Source: Paraspadella gotoi
Lineage: Eukaryota; Animalia; Chaetognatha
Direction: 5' to 3'
Length of the DNA: 64,000 nt
NCBI GenBank assembly: GCA_051294375.1
Contig: CM119263.1
Span: 7,550,635-7,614,634 of the forward strand
Shown: piece by piece, positions 28,801 through 40,700 of the stretch
Numbering within the stretch: the first letter of the stretch is position 1
Layout: each line of letters begins with the position of its first letter
Position numbers and translations under genes: made by a program
Notes under the pieces: generated by a model
Seen by the model: the letters and a program-made list of their open reading frames with translations, nothing else
Told to the model about the DNA's origin: nothing
The model's database searches: none

Positions 28801-31250
28801 TTCATCATCTGGTAAACACAGATGAGGAAAAAGATTCAAGTAAAAATAAAAGTGATGGTGAATCCAGCAAAAATGAAGTTCCACATGATATGTCATCTTT
28901 AACACTTCAGACTTTGGTTACTGCAAATAGTATTGCAACTTCTTTACCATCTAATTCTGTGTTACAGCATGGAGAGCCAGCTACTTGTGAGCTTTGTAAT
29001 AAAGAGTTGCTAAATAGATATTATTTAGAAATTCATAAAATGAAAGCTCATGGTATTATGCCAGGCAGTGGAGAATCTAAAGAAAGAACAGTCTTAGCTC
29101 CAATATCTCCAGTGGCCAGTAAAAATGAAAAAATGGTTAAACATGAACCTGAGCATAATATGCTTGGAAAACCTTTTGAAACCACAGAAAAGATGAAAGA
29201 GCAAATGAAAAGTCACCAAAGTCCTAGTTCAGATCCAATGTTTAGCAAACCATATCAACCTTCCGAATCTCCAGTCCCAAGTGCCCAAACTCCTGACCAA
29301 GCACATACTCAAAGAATGGCACTCCTTATGAATGGCATTAACCCTGATAGCTATTGTGAACTGTGCCACAAGGAGTTCAGTAGTACTTATTTTTTAAGAA
29401 CACATCGCATGCATGTTCATGGTATGACATTTGAGGGACAGGAATCCCAGCCAACTCTACCATGCAAGGAGGGACCACCTGAAAATTTATCCATGGCATT
29501 AGTACCAACTTCATCTGTGAACTCTCAAAGATCAATATCGTTGCCACCCTCTAGTGGCCTGCCTTTGTTGCCATCTCTACCTCCTTTATCACAAGGGTCG
29601 CCTAGTGCTAGTTCCAAGGCTGGGCTGGGAAATACACCATTGAACTCAGTACGAGTATTCTGTCACCTTTGTAATAAGGAGCTTTGCAACAAGTATTTTC
29701 TTAAAACACACATGCTTAATAAGCATGGTATTCTCACAGAAGACCCGAACATGGCAGTCTTAGCTGCAAAAATGCCAGGCTTAGTTCCTCCTACTCAATC
29801 GCCAAAGTCGCAGATGAAAGACAAAGACAAACCAAAAAATTTAGATTGGCCTCCTTTTTCAGGATTGACTGGAATTCCAGGATTTCCGCCATTTCCAGGA
29901 GTGGCTTTGTCCCCAAGTATTGCTAGTACCGATGAAAACAATAGTTCTAGAGATATGTCATTAAATGAGAATTGTATTGGTGAAGCAGCAAAAGGCTTAG
30001 AGAATGACTTGAATAATACTCGATATTTGAATCACTTTAGAGAGGCATGTCAATTATGTGATCGTCGGTTTAAATCTGGCAAATGGTTGCAAAATCATCT
30101 TGTGAAAGATCATGGCTTGCCACCTGATCATTTTTTGGTTAATGCAGCAGCTCCTGTCGGACCAACCAAGTCCCCACAAATGACATCCTTTCCTCCTGGA
30201 TTTCCCTTTCCGCCAAACCTATCACAACTTGGTATTCCAATACCACCCACAGTTTCCCACATGCTCCCTCCAGGGTTCCCAAATTTACCACATAATCTGT
30301 CTCCTAATACAGCTCTCAACTTGGTAAAAAACACCACAAAGGAAAATTCAAATGACCGGTCAAGTTCTCCTGACAATCAACGGTCGCCATCTCCATCTCC
30401 TCCGGCACCTAGCCTGGCTTCTCCCAAACGGCATGAATGTGAGGCTTGTGGTGAAACCTTTAAAGACATAATCCGACTTCAGCTTCACTTGATTCAAGAT
30501 CACCAAGCCGACATTGCAGTAAACATGAAAGCCAAAATATCCGAGGAACTTTCCAAACAAGATCTACCGAATTCTGAATTACAGGGAGGTTTATTAACAG
30601 AGAAAAATGAGAAAAGAACCTTTTCTGCAATTGATCTCGCCAAAAAATTCATAAAAAATTCCCGACTTACTACTCCTAAAAGTCTGTCAATAAAAGGGCG
30701 CAAGGTTTTTAACTGTCCAAACTGTAAGGGAAGGTTTCTTTCCCATTACGCTCTCGTCTATCATTTGCAGAGAATACACAATATTAAAGCATCGGCTTCT
30801 GTTGTGGCTGAAATGACTGGGGAAGATGGTCCACGGTTTAGGTGTAAAAAGTGTGAACAAAGATTTTTTACACGGAAATTGTGTAAAATTCATCTAAAAA
30901 TGTCTCACCATCAACCATCTGATAATGTGCCTCAATCAAACAAAAGGAGTTATGACGATGATTCAATCGAAGATTTGAATCCTCCCAAACGTCTTCATAA
31001 TAATTTATCTAGTCCAAACTCCCACCCATCCAACGGTGAATCTGATCCACCTACAGCTTTTGGAACGCCGGCAAAACTGTCGAATCAAGGCTCTTTCATC
31101 ATGCAACGCTTCGTTCTGAGGGAGTCGGAGCATAGCCCTAATCAACAAATTTCTGGCACGAATTTCGTCACCGCAGTTGTCTATCTGCCAGTAAAACAGA
31201 AGGTAACAGAGTCTGTTGTCACGACTTTTGAACTGTCACCTTCTGAATAG
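25819..31250 (+). CDS. Terminal exon (5.4 kb) of a large C2H2 zinc-finger transcriptional regulator with 12 dispersed fingers
   Basis: TTACAG acceptor in frame with the 1806-aa ORF; 12 C-x2-C-x12-H-x4-H motifs such as CELCNREFCNKYFLKTHKANKH; TAG stop at 31248-31250. The five exons sum to 8622 nt (2873 aa plus stop). Confidence 0.95.
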
Positions 31251-34200
31251 CTTTAGATAGAACATTACTTGTAGAGCTCACTTGTTGTTTTATCACTGGT
31301 CAAACTGTTTTCTAAATTCACCAAAAAATGTATCACCTGCATCAAGGATGGCTTGATAATTGATTATGTAATGGTGTGGGGAAAAAAAAGCTTGGAATTT
31401 TAGCCTTTTCTTGGGTGTGTAGCTGGTCACATGTACTATACAGTGTATAGTACACAAAAATATATTTTATTACTGTTGTATTAAAGGAGACTGCAATCTG
31501 ATAGTTAAATTATAAAAGTATTTTATTGAGGTTAAATATTTTCTTCTATTATTATGTACAGTAAGAGAAATGGTTATTTTTTGTAAAAAAATTTATCTAA
31601 GTTTTAGTATTTCCTTTAACTGTTGTTAGCAGCCGTTTTTAATTTAAGATAATTGTAAATGCATTCACTTTTTCTTATTGTATTATCTTCATAAAGTTGC
31701 AGAACGGGTAAAAATTACATTAGCAATTTCTTGTGATCAGTGAATATAGCTGAAGAGATAGCCAAAAATGTATTACTCTTTCTATCGGCGGTGATGGCTA
31801 ACTTTAAAGCTTGTTGACTCATCAAAACATAATTGTGTAATCAAAAATTGCCATTTTCATTATTTTGATCCTTTGTTTCATTCCTAATATTTTTAACATT
31901 GATCGCCTTGATGTATCCAGTGCCATAAGATGGAGTACACCTTGAGCTCAAACCGTTTACAAAGATGTTATGTATGTTTGTCTACTATGTAGGCTCTTGA
32001 CGATGATAATCACATTTGATGTTCTGAATAATCTTTATATAATGTAATAATGGGTACATGCTAACATGTACTCTGAAAAGTTTTAAAAAAAAACCAATTA
32101 GAACCTCGTCGTCTTTCGAAATGAGACGTTTGTCTCTCGTATTAATTATGCCAATGCTCTCAGTTTTTATTTCTCTCTCAATTTTGGACCCGTTCTATCC
32201 ACCGAGGTCTCCTTCCATGGTGGAGCAGAGTTATATCATTTTTGGAGTCACTTCTACCGTGGAAGGAAACCTCCTTTAAACAATAGTGATATTTAGTGAT
32301 AATAATTATAAGAATTCTTAAATTGTATTCATTCTAATGAACTTTTTAAACCGAAACTAGAATTGTCTGCCTGAGCCGTCCAAATTTGGATCGGCCCCGC
32401 CTGTCGTTTTTTTTTCCATATTTTTTTATCGTTTTCGTCGTTGAGGTGTGCTCCGTCTTCGAATACACCTTTCCGGGAGATATGCGCTCTAGTTGTCGTC
32501 AAGGCGATCGTCTTTTGGCTTGGATCCTCGTTGTAACAATGTTATTTCAACCACTGCACATTTTATAATCACCCCTAAACCTTTTTCGTGTTTGTGTTTC
32601 GTTGTCACATAAATAGACCGCGATCTGTCTTTATTCAGGGAAACTTTTTGCACCTATAGATCAGTTACCACTATCTCTTTGCAATATCATTAACTCATTT
32701 AAAGGGTTAACAAGTTTTCCTTTTTCGTTTTTATTTTTTTTTTTTCAACTTGATTTCGACCTCAAGGCGATAATTTATTTACTCTTTAATTTCTACTAGC
32801 AATTATTGTTTAGAACAAAAAAATTTTGTAAACGTTTGAATGCATTCGTTTCCTGTTGAGATAAAGCTGCATTATCGGTTTAAAGAAAAAGACTAACCCT
32901 ATTCCCCTTTTGCCCCCCCCCTTTTCTACTGATTGAGGAAACCTTCAGTAGCATAAATTGTCACCTTTTCCAAAAGAAACATAGCTTGCTCTTGTTAAGC
33001 ACTCGGTTCAAATTGGAGCTTCTTTAATCCGCTCTGGAAGTGAAACGATTAAAGACCCAGTAATACCATAACGCTTGGTTTTTTTTTCCTCTGAAATTTC
33101 TCGTTTCACTTTTTGCACATGTCAATCTTTATCATCGCTATCAATTACTTTTTCATAGAATAGTTACTATTTTAAATGTTTGTTTCTTGCCACTTTTTCT
33201 TGTGTCTGTGCGAAGAGAATACGAATTACTCCGGCGATTAGGTATGATATTTGAGAGCGAGGGGGTTCTTATTTTGTGGTTTCATGTATTTTAGTGCAAT
33301 TATTATTATATTATTATTAATGTACATGTTGTACATTTCCTTCGGACTGAGATGGAAGAGCGTCTCCCGAAAGAATATTAAAAAAAAAAACCAATGCTTG
33401 GATTTTCGTTTTCGTTTTTCTTTTTCTTAATAAAAAGTCATTAATCCTTATTAAATCTAGTGATTCTCCACCGTCTTTCTATATATTGTAGAATACAAAT
33501 TGAAAATATTTAGTTTGGCGTTTGGAATATTTTTTTTTTCTTTTTTATTTTTTTTTCCATGTTGGGTTTTTTCTGTTGGGTGAATCGGTAGCAATGAAAA
33601 GGATTCCATTTGTGAGAAAGTCGACAAATAAAGCCGAAGCCAAAAGCTATGTGTTTAAATTAAAAAAATATTGTAAACCCTTTTTGCAATCTTGTAACTT
33701 TTTTACAGTTTATATCGCCCATAGTACGTTTGTTAAGATTAAGAGTCAGGTGGATATTCATCTTTAACGTTGTTTTTCGAGAGTTATACACTTTCGTGTT
33801 TGACGGTGACTACATTTTTTTTCTAAGTTATTATAAAATAAAGATCTAGTGAGTTGTGACCATTATATTCTCAAGAAAAATAAAAGTCTAGTTTTACTAT
33901 TATTTCCCTGTATTTTTTGTTTTCGTTTCCGGTATATTTTTCACTGAGGTCACACGTTTTTTTAATGACATTGATCACACTCTTTCTATCTTGTACGTAC
34001 GCTTAATCCCTCCTATGCTAAGTTTTCACTTTCTAATCAGAAAAAAAAAAAACACGTATCGGTTTTTCGATCATTTTCATTTTCGCTATGATTTTTCTCT
34101 CTCACGTTTTTTTTTTAAAAAAAGTAGAGATATGATTCAGTTATTTTTTCTCATCTTGGACTTTGTTGAAACTTGGGAGACGACGGCCGAACCAAAAAAA

Positions 34201-36174
34201 AATGTGATTTTTCTCTCCCTCTTTCTCTACTGACGTGAGTTCTTCGGCCGTCGTCCTTCTGACCCTCAAAATCAATCAATGCTTTGTAGATGTATTTTTG
34301 TACTCTTATAACCTCGAAATTCGCGCCCGAGCCTGCTGTTTATATTTATTGTTGTTGTTTATTACATGGTTATCGCGCCGCTTGGGAGAGATAGAATTGT
34401 GAAAAGAATTCCATTTTTTTCCACCGACCCTCCTTCCTCCCCCCCCCCCCAAAACCCCACTCCCATCTTTCCACCCATTGCCTCACTCCTTGCCCCCCCC
34501 ACGATACATCCACCCACCCTACTTACTTTGGGCGAGGTTTCCGGTGACCTTTTTTGTACCAGTTCTAGTCTTGGGTCGTTCATGAATTTCGAACCTCCCT
34601 CCCACTCACTCCGTGACCCCCACTTTCACACACGAAACCAAGTTTTACTCCGCCTTCCCCTGCCCCCCAACCCAGATTCCCTCTCTCCCTTCAAAAAAAA
34701 ATAATTCCCTTTTTTTTTCTAAGTTGGAAAAAAAAATTAAGAAACTTTTTGCCTTTTTGATTCTTTTCCCAAAATCTGTCTCTCCTTCGGTTCGCGACGA
34801 AAACACCATATGAGCCTTATAATACAATTCAGCGGATGTTGGTGAATTCTGCTGGGTTCATAGTTTTCCGAAAAAAAAAAAAACCAAACTACTATTTACC
34901 ATGTTACAAAAACAGCAATACAGTCCGAAACAGACCCTTTCGTTTTTCTTTCTTTTTTTGTTTTTTTGTTTTCTTTCGGTCGCCCCTCTTCCCCTTCCTC
35001 CGCCCCTTTTCCAGATTCCAGAGAGCATCTCATTTCTTTTGTGATTTTTTTTTCTTTGAGTTTCCTCTTCTTTCTTTGCAGGTGATATACGCTGTTAAAT
35101 ATCTATTCAATTTAATTTTGTCATCTCTACATTAAAGCTATCGTACATAAACAAAACTCCTATCGTCAGCGGGGGGCCTGCGCGCCCTAGCGTCTGTCAG
35201 TTTCATTTTTTTCCGTTTTATCTCCGAATACCAAACCAACAACAACAACAACAACCTGATTGAGGGATATTTCAGTGAGCTATTCTATTTTTTAGACTCA
35301 CGACTTTCAAGAGTGCAAGAACCGAACAAATTTATTACTACTACTGTATCATCGTCACGTCCCCTTCCTTTTTCCTTTTTCCTTTTTATCAAAAAAACCA
35401 AAAAAAATACGACGATCTGCGAATCGTTTTCATCCTTCCAGAAACAAAAAAAATATGTTTTAGAACTAACTCATCCGGAATCACAAATAAAAAAAAATAC
35501 AAACAAATGGTAGTTACAACAACCTGGAGAGTTCTGCAACTGACAAGAGCTGTGCTGTATAGCATGTGTACTGACTGAATTTGAATTATTCAGAAGTTCT
35601 CTCGATCACGCATTAATAAATAAATTAGTGTCACTCTTCATAGTTTGCGTTTTGATTTTCTATCCTTTTGTTAGTTTGTGGTTTATCTTTGAGTTAGTAT
35701 AAAAAAGAAAGCTAAATTAGATATTTATTCAAGCGTAAGATTTTTTTTTTTTTCTGATGCGAAGGTTTGGTCACAGTTCCGTTGTAAAGTTAAAAGATTA
35801 GATTTTTTTTTCGAATGTTCCAAAAAGATGCAACATGACGATTAGTGGGAGCTGAACCGGATTTATTGATTTCTCTGTATCAACGAAAGAAGTAGGCGTG
35901 GTCTATCAGATCCAGATTCCAACAAGGTCATTGTTTCATTTTTGTACTATGTACTCGAAGGATGTGCTAACTCCGCTATGTGAGTGTGGCTTGACGCCAA
36001 ATTGTGTGCCCGTTGCCAACGGCGTTGGGCCACGAAGAATTTGCGTCACATGCCTTTCATTTCCAAATTTCTTTCCCCCTCGTTACGCTTGCTTATAATG
36101 GAAGCTGCTATTGTGGGGGTACCGTTCCTAACGGGGTTAGAACTCCGAACCATTTCGGATACGATTAAGCTTAA

Positions 36175-36618
36175 GATTTTTGCACGATTTGGATTCGTCA
36201 AATAAAAAGCTTGATAAAAAGAATATACAATCTTTTGAAAAATAATCCTTCATTAAGTGGGTCAAAATTAGAAAAAAAGCTATATTTTTAAGCTGAAAAT
36301 TAATTTTTTATATATTATACTACTAGTTTTTTATAATATTTAACTCGCATTAATAAAAGAAGTTTTAAAAATTGAATTTATGATTTTCTGTTTATCACTT
36401 TTGAACGAGGAATTCAAATCTGCAATCAAAATTAAGAAAGCCTTATTTTAAAAAATTTTCGAGTATTATGAAGGAAATACCTATATATAAATATATAGCG
36501 TTCTGCGAAAAATTAAAAAACATAAATTATCTTTGTTTACAAATTAATGTTGTACTGAATGGTATGTTGTTCATATTGACTTTAGAATTTTCGTATGGCA
36601 ACTTTTCACTACGCCTTA
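36175..36618. mobile_element. One arm of a TIR element ending ...TTTTCACTACGCCT|TA, located in WAP-gene intron 3
   Basis: The same terminus ACTACGCCTTA occurs at 53447-53457 and further imperfect similarity lies inside both arms. Both arms join the GTCTTTA repeat that is uninterrupted at 59771-59805. Confidence 0.5.
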
Positions 36619-36695
36619 GTCTTTAGTCTTTAGTCTTTGTCTTTCCAAGCAAAGACGAATTAATAAAAATGAAATATTTTTCCTCTGGTGATCAG

Positions 36696-37191
36696 GATGA
36701 ATTCTGCTGCATGGGAGGCAAATATGGTTGCGACAATGGTCTGCACTAAACCAATCATGCCAGGATGGTTCACCGGATCGTGTCAGCCTCTTTCCTTTAA
36801 CTCATTACACAGGTTTTGTCGCCGCCATATTGTCGCGCTGTCTTTGAATATTAATTTGAACTGGTTATTTTTCGAATAATTATAAATAGTAGGTTCTTAT
36901 ACAGTAATTAGGTAAATTAGATAAATTTAGGGAGAAAAAAAACAATATTTATACAGGGTTGTTTGAACGTCATCCAAGCATAAGGAGTAATGTATTTAGT
37001 GTAAGATATGTGTATAAACTGTATATGGAGAATCGTATATTTCGGCTTATATTTTTAAAACTGGAAAAATAATAAGAAAAATAAGAAACTAATAAGTTTT
37101 AGCGAAAGGAGGAGGGTGAGAGAGAGGAGGAGAGAGAGAGAGAGAGAAAAGAGAGAGAGAGAGAGAGTAAAAGAGAGAGAGAGAGAGGGGG

Positions 37192-37247
<56 letters not shown>

Positions 37248-37494
37248 CGAGAGGAAGAATTTATCAGCATTGTTTAATGCCATGGAAAAATTAAGATTCT
37301 GCCGATATTCGCGTCACTTACCTTACTTACCTTATCGCTTTTCTCCAACCCACCCTTTGACAGGAGGAGACGAGTCTCTGTTCGAATCCTGCACCACGGA
37401 ATGTCAGTTCGACGAAGATTGCGGCAGCGACGAAAAGTGTTTGCGGCTTCTTCATCGGAGAATGCGAACAGAATGTTGCCTCAAGGTCGATTGA
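36696..37494 (+). CDS. Partial copy (exons 4-5: 36696-36812 and 37364-37494) of the double-WAP gene
   Basis: ATCAG|GATGAATTCTGCTGC gives DEFCCMGGKYGC; the last exon gives CTTECQFDEDCGSDEKC...CLKVD*; AATAAA at 37618. Small frameshifts are present. Confidence 0.6.
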
Positions 37495-37715
37495 ATGACA
37501 ACGCGACAACAACAACGACTACAATAGTTCACTCGTTATCCAATTGTCATTTTACACTATTGTTAGTCGGCGCTCCGTCGGCCACTCGAGATAAGATTTT
37601 TTTTAGCGATTTTTGAGAATAAATTAAAATTAAGGTTATTACAATTTATATTTTTTTTTCGTCAAAATGTCGACCGTTTTGTTAAGACGTGATAAACTAC
37701 TATATAGCTTCTGAA

Positions 37716-40700
37716 TTAAGCTTAATCGTATCCGAAATGGTTCGGAGTTCTAACCCTGTTAGGAACGGTACCTTCACAATAGCAGCTTCCATTATAAGCC
37801 GTAACGGGGGGCGCGAAATTTGGAAATAAGGCAAGTGACGCAAATTCTTCGTGGCCCAACGCCGTTGGCAACGGGCACACAATTTGGCGTCAAGCCACAC
37901 TCACATAGCGGAGTTAGCACATCCTTCGAGTACATAGTACAAAAATGAAACATGACCTTGTTGGAATCTGGATCTGAATAGACCACGCCTACTTCTTTCG
38001 TTGATACAGAGAAATCAATAAATCCGGTTCAGCTCCACTAAATCGTCATGTTGCATCTTTTTGGAACATTCGAAAAAAAAATCTAATCTTTTAACTTTAC
38101 AACGGAACTGTGACCAAACCTTCGCATCAAAAAAAAAAAAATCTTACGCTTGAATAATATCTAATTTAGCTTTCTTTTTTATACTAACTCAAAGATAAAC
38201 CACAACTAACAAGGATAGAAATCAAAAGCAAAACTATGAAGAGTGACACTAATTTATTTATTAATGCGTGATCGAGAGAACTTCTGAATAATTCAAATTC
38301 AGTCAGTACACATGCTATACAGCACAGCTCTTGTCAGTTGCAGAACTCTCCAGGTTGTTGTAACTACCATTTGTTTGTATTTTTTTTTATTTGTGATTCC
38401 GGATGAGTTAGTTCAAAACTATTTTTTTGTTTCTGGAAGGATGAAAACGATTCGCAGATCGTCGTATTTTTTTGGTTTTTTTTTGATAAAAAGGAAAAGG
38501 GAAAAGGAAGGGGACGTGACGATGATACAGTAGTAGTAAATAATTTTGTTCGGTTCTTGCACTCTTGAAAGTCGTGAGTCTAAAAAATAGAATAGCTCAC
38601 TGAAATATCCCTCAATCAGGTTGTTGTTGTTGTTGTTGGTTGGTGGTATTCGGAGATAAAACGGAAAAAAATGAAACTGACAGACGCTAGGGCGCGCAGG
38701 CCCCGCCGCTGACGATAGGAGTTTTGTTTATGTACGATAGCTTTAATGTAGAGATCAAATTTAAATTGAATAGATATTTAACAGCGTATATCACCTGCAA
38801 AGAAAGAAGAGGAAACTCAAAGAAAAAAAATCACAAAGAAATGAGATGCTCTCTGGAATCTGGAAAAGGGGCGGAGGAAGGGGAAGAGGGGCGACCGAAA
38901 GAAAACAAAAAAACAAAAAAAGAAAGAAAAACGAAAGGTCTGTTTCGGACTGTATTGCTGTTTTTGTAACATGGTAATAGTAGTTTGGTTTTTTTTTTTT
39001 TCGAAACTATGAACCCAGCAGAATTCACCAACATCCGCTGAATTGTATTATAAGGCTCATATGGTGTTTTCGTCGCGAACCGAAGGAGAGACAGATTTTG
39101 GGAAAAGAATCAAAAAGGCAAAAAGTTTCTTATTTTTTTTTTTCCAACTTAGAAAAAAAAAGGGAATTTTTTTTTTGAAGGGAGAGAGGGAATCTGGGTT
39201 GGGGGGGCAGGGGAAGGCGGAGTAAAACTTGGTTTCGTGTGTGAAAGTGGGGGTCACGGAGGAGTGAGTGGGAGGGAGGTTCGAAATTCATGAACGACCC
39301 AAGACTAGAACTGGTACAAAAGGTCACCGGAAACTCGCCAAAGTAAGTAGGGTGGGTGATGTATCGTGGGGGGGGCAAGGAGTGAGGCAATGGGTGGAAA
39401 GATGGGAGTGGGGTTTTGGGGGGGGGGGAGGAAGGAGGGTCGGGTGAAAAAAATGGAATTCTTTTCACAATTCTATCTCTCCCAGCGGCGCGATAACCAT
39501 GTAATACAACAACAATAAATATAAACAGCAGGCTCGGGCGCGAATTTCGAGGTTATAAGAGTAAAAAAATACATCTACAAAGCATTGATTGATTTTGAGG
39601 GTCAGAAGGACGACGGCCGAAGAACTCACGTCAGTAGAGAAAGAGGGAGAGAAAAATCACATTTTTTTTTGGTTCGGCCGTCGTCTCCCAAGTTTCAACA
39701 AAGTCCAAGATGAGAAAAAATAACTGAATCATATCTCTACTTTTTTAAAAAAAAAACGTGAGAGAGAAAAATACATAGCGAAAATGAAAATGATCGAAAA
39801 ACCGATACGTGTTTTTTTTTTTCTGATTAGAAAGTGAAAACTTAGCATAGGAGGGATTAGCGTACGTACAAGATAGAAGAGTATGGATCAATGTCATTAA
39901 AAAAACTTGTGACCTCAGTGAAAAATATACCGGAAACGAAAACAAAAAATACAGGGAAATAATAGTAAAACTAGACTTTTATTTTTCTTGAGAATATAAT
40001 GGTCACAACTCACTAGATCTTTATTTATAATAACTTAGAAAAAAAATGTAGTCACCGTCAAACACGAAAGTGTATAACTCTCGAAAAACAACGTTAAAGA
40101 TGAATATCCACCTGACTCTTAATCTTAACAAACGTACTATGGGCGATATAAACTGTAAAAAGTTACAAGATTGCAAAAAGGTTTACAATATTTTTTTAAT
40201 TTAAACACATAGCTTTTGGCTTCGGCTTTATTTGTCGACTTTCTCACAAATGGAATCCTTTTCATTGCTACCGATTCACCCAACAGAAAAACACCAACAT
40301 GGAAAAAAAAATAAAAAAGAAAAAAAAATATTCCAAACGCCAAACTAAATATTTCAATAATTTGTATTCTACATATATAGAAAGACGGTGGAGAATCACT
40401 AGATTTAATAAGGATTAATGACTTTTTATTAAGAAAAAGAAAAACGAAAACGAAAATCCAAGCATTGGTTTTTTTTTTTAATATTCTTTCGGGAGACGCT
40501 CTTCCATCTCAGTCCGAAGGAAATGTACAACATGTACATTAATAATAATATAATAATAATTGCACTAAAATACATGAAACCACAAAATAAGAACCCTCCG
40601 CTCTCAAATATCATACCTAATCGCCGGAGTAATTCGTATTCTCTTCGCACAGACACAAGAAAAAGTGGCAAGAAACAAACATTTAAAATAGTAACTATTC

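Noticed and set aside
35898-36205. Short Cys-containing ORFs present in three copies
   Set aside because: No recognisable domain or consistent splice sites; recurrence is due to the assembly duplications.
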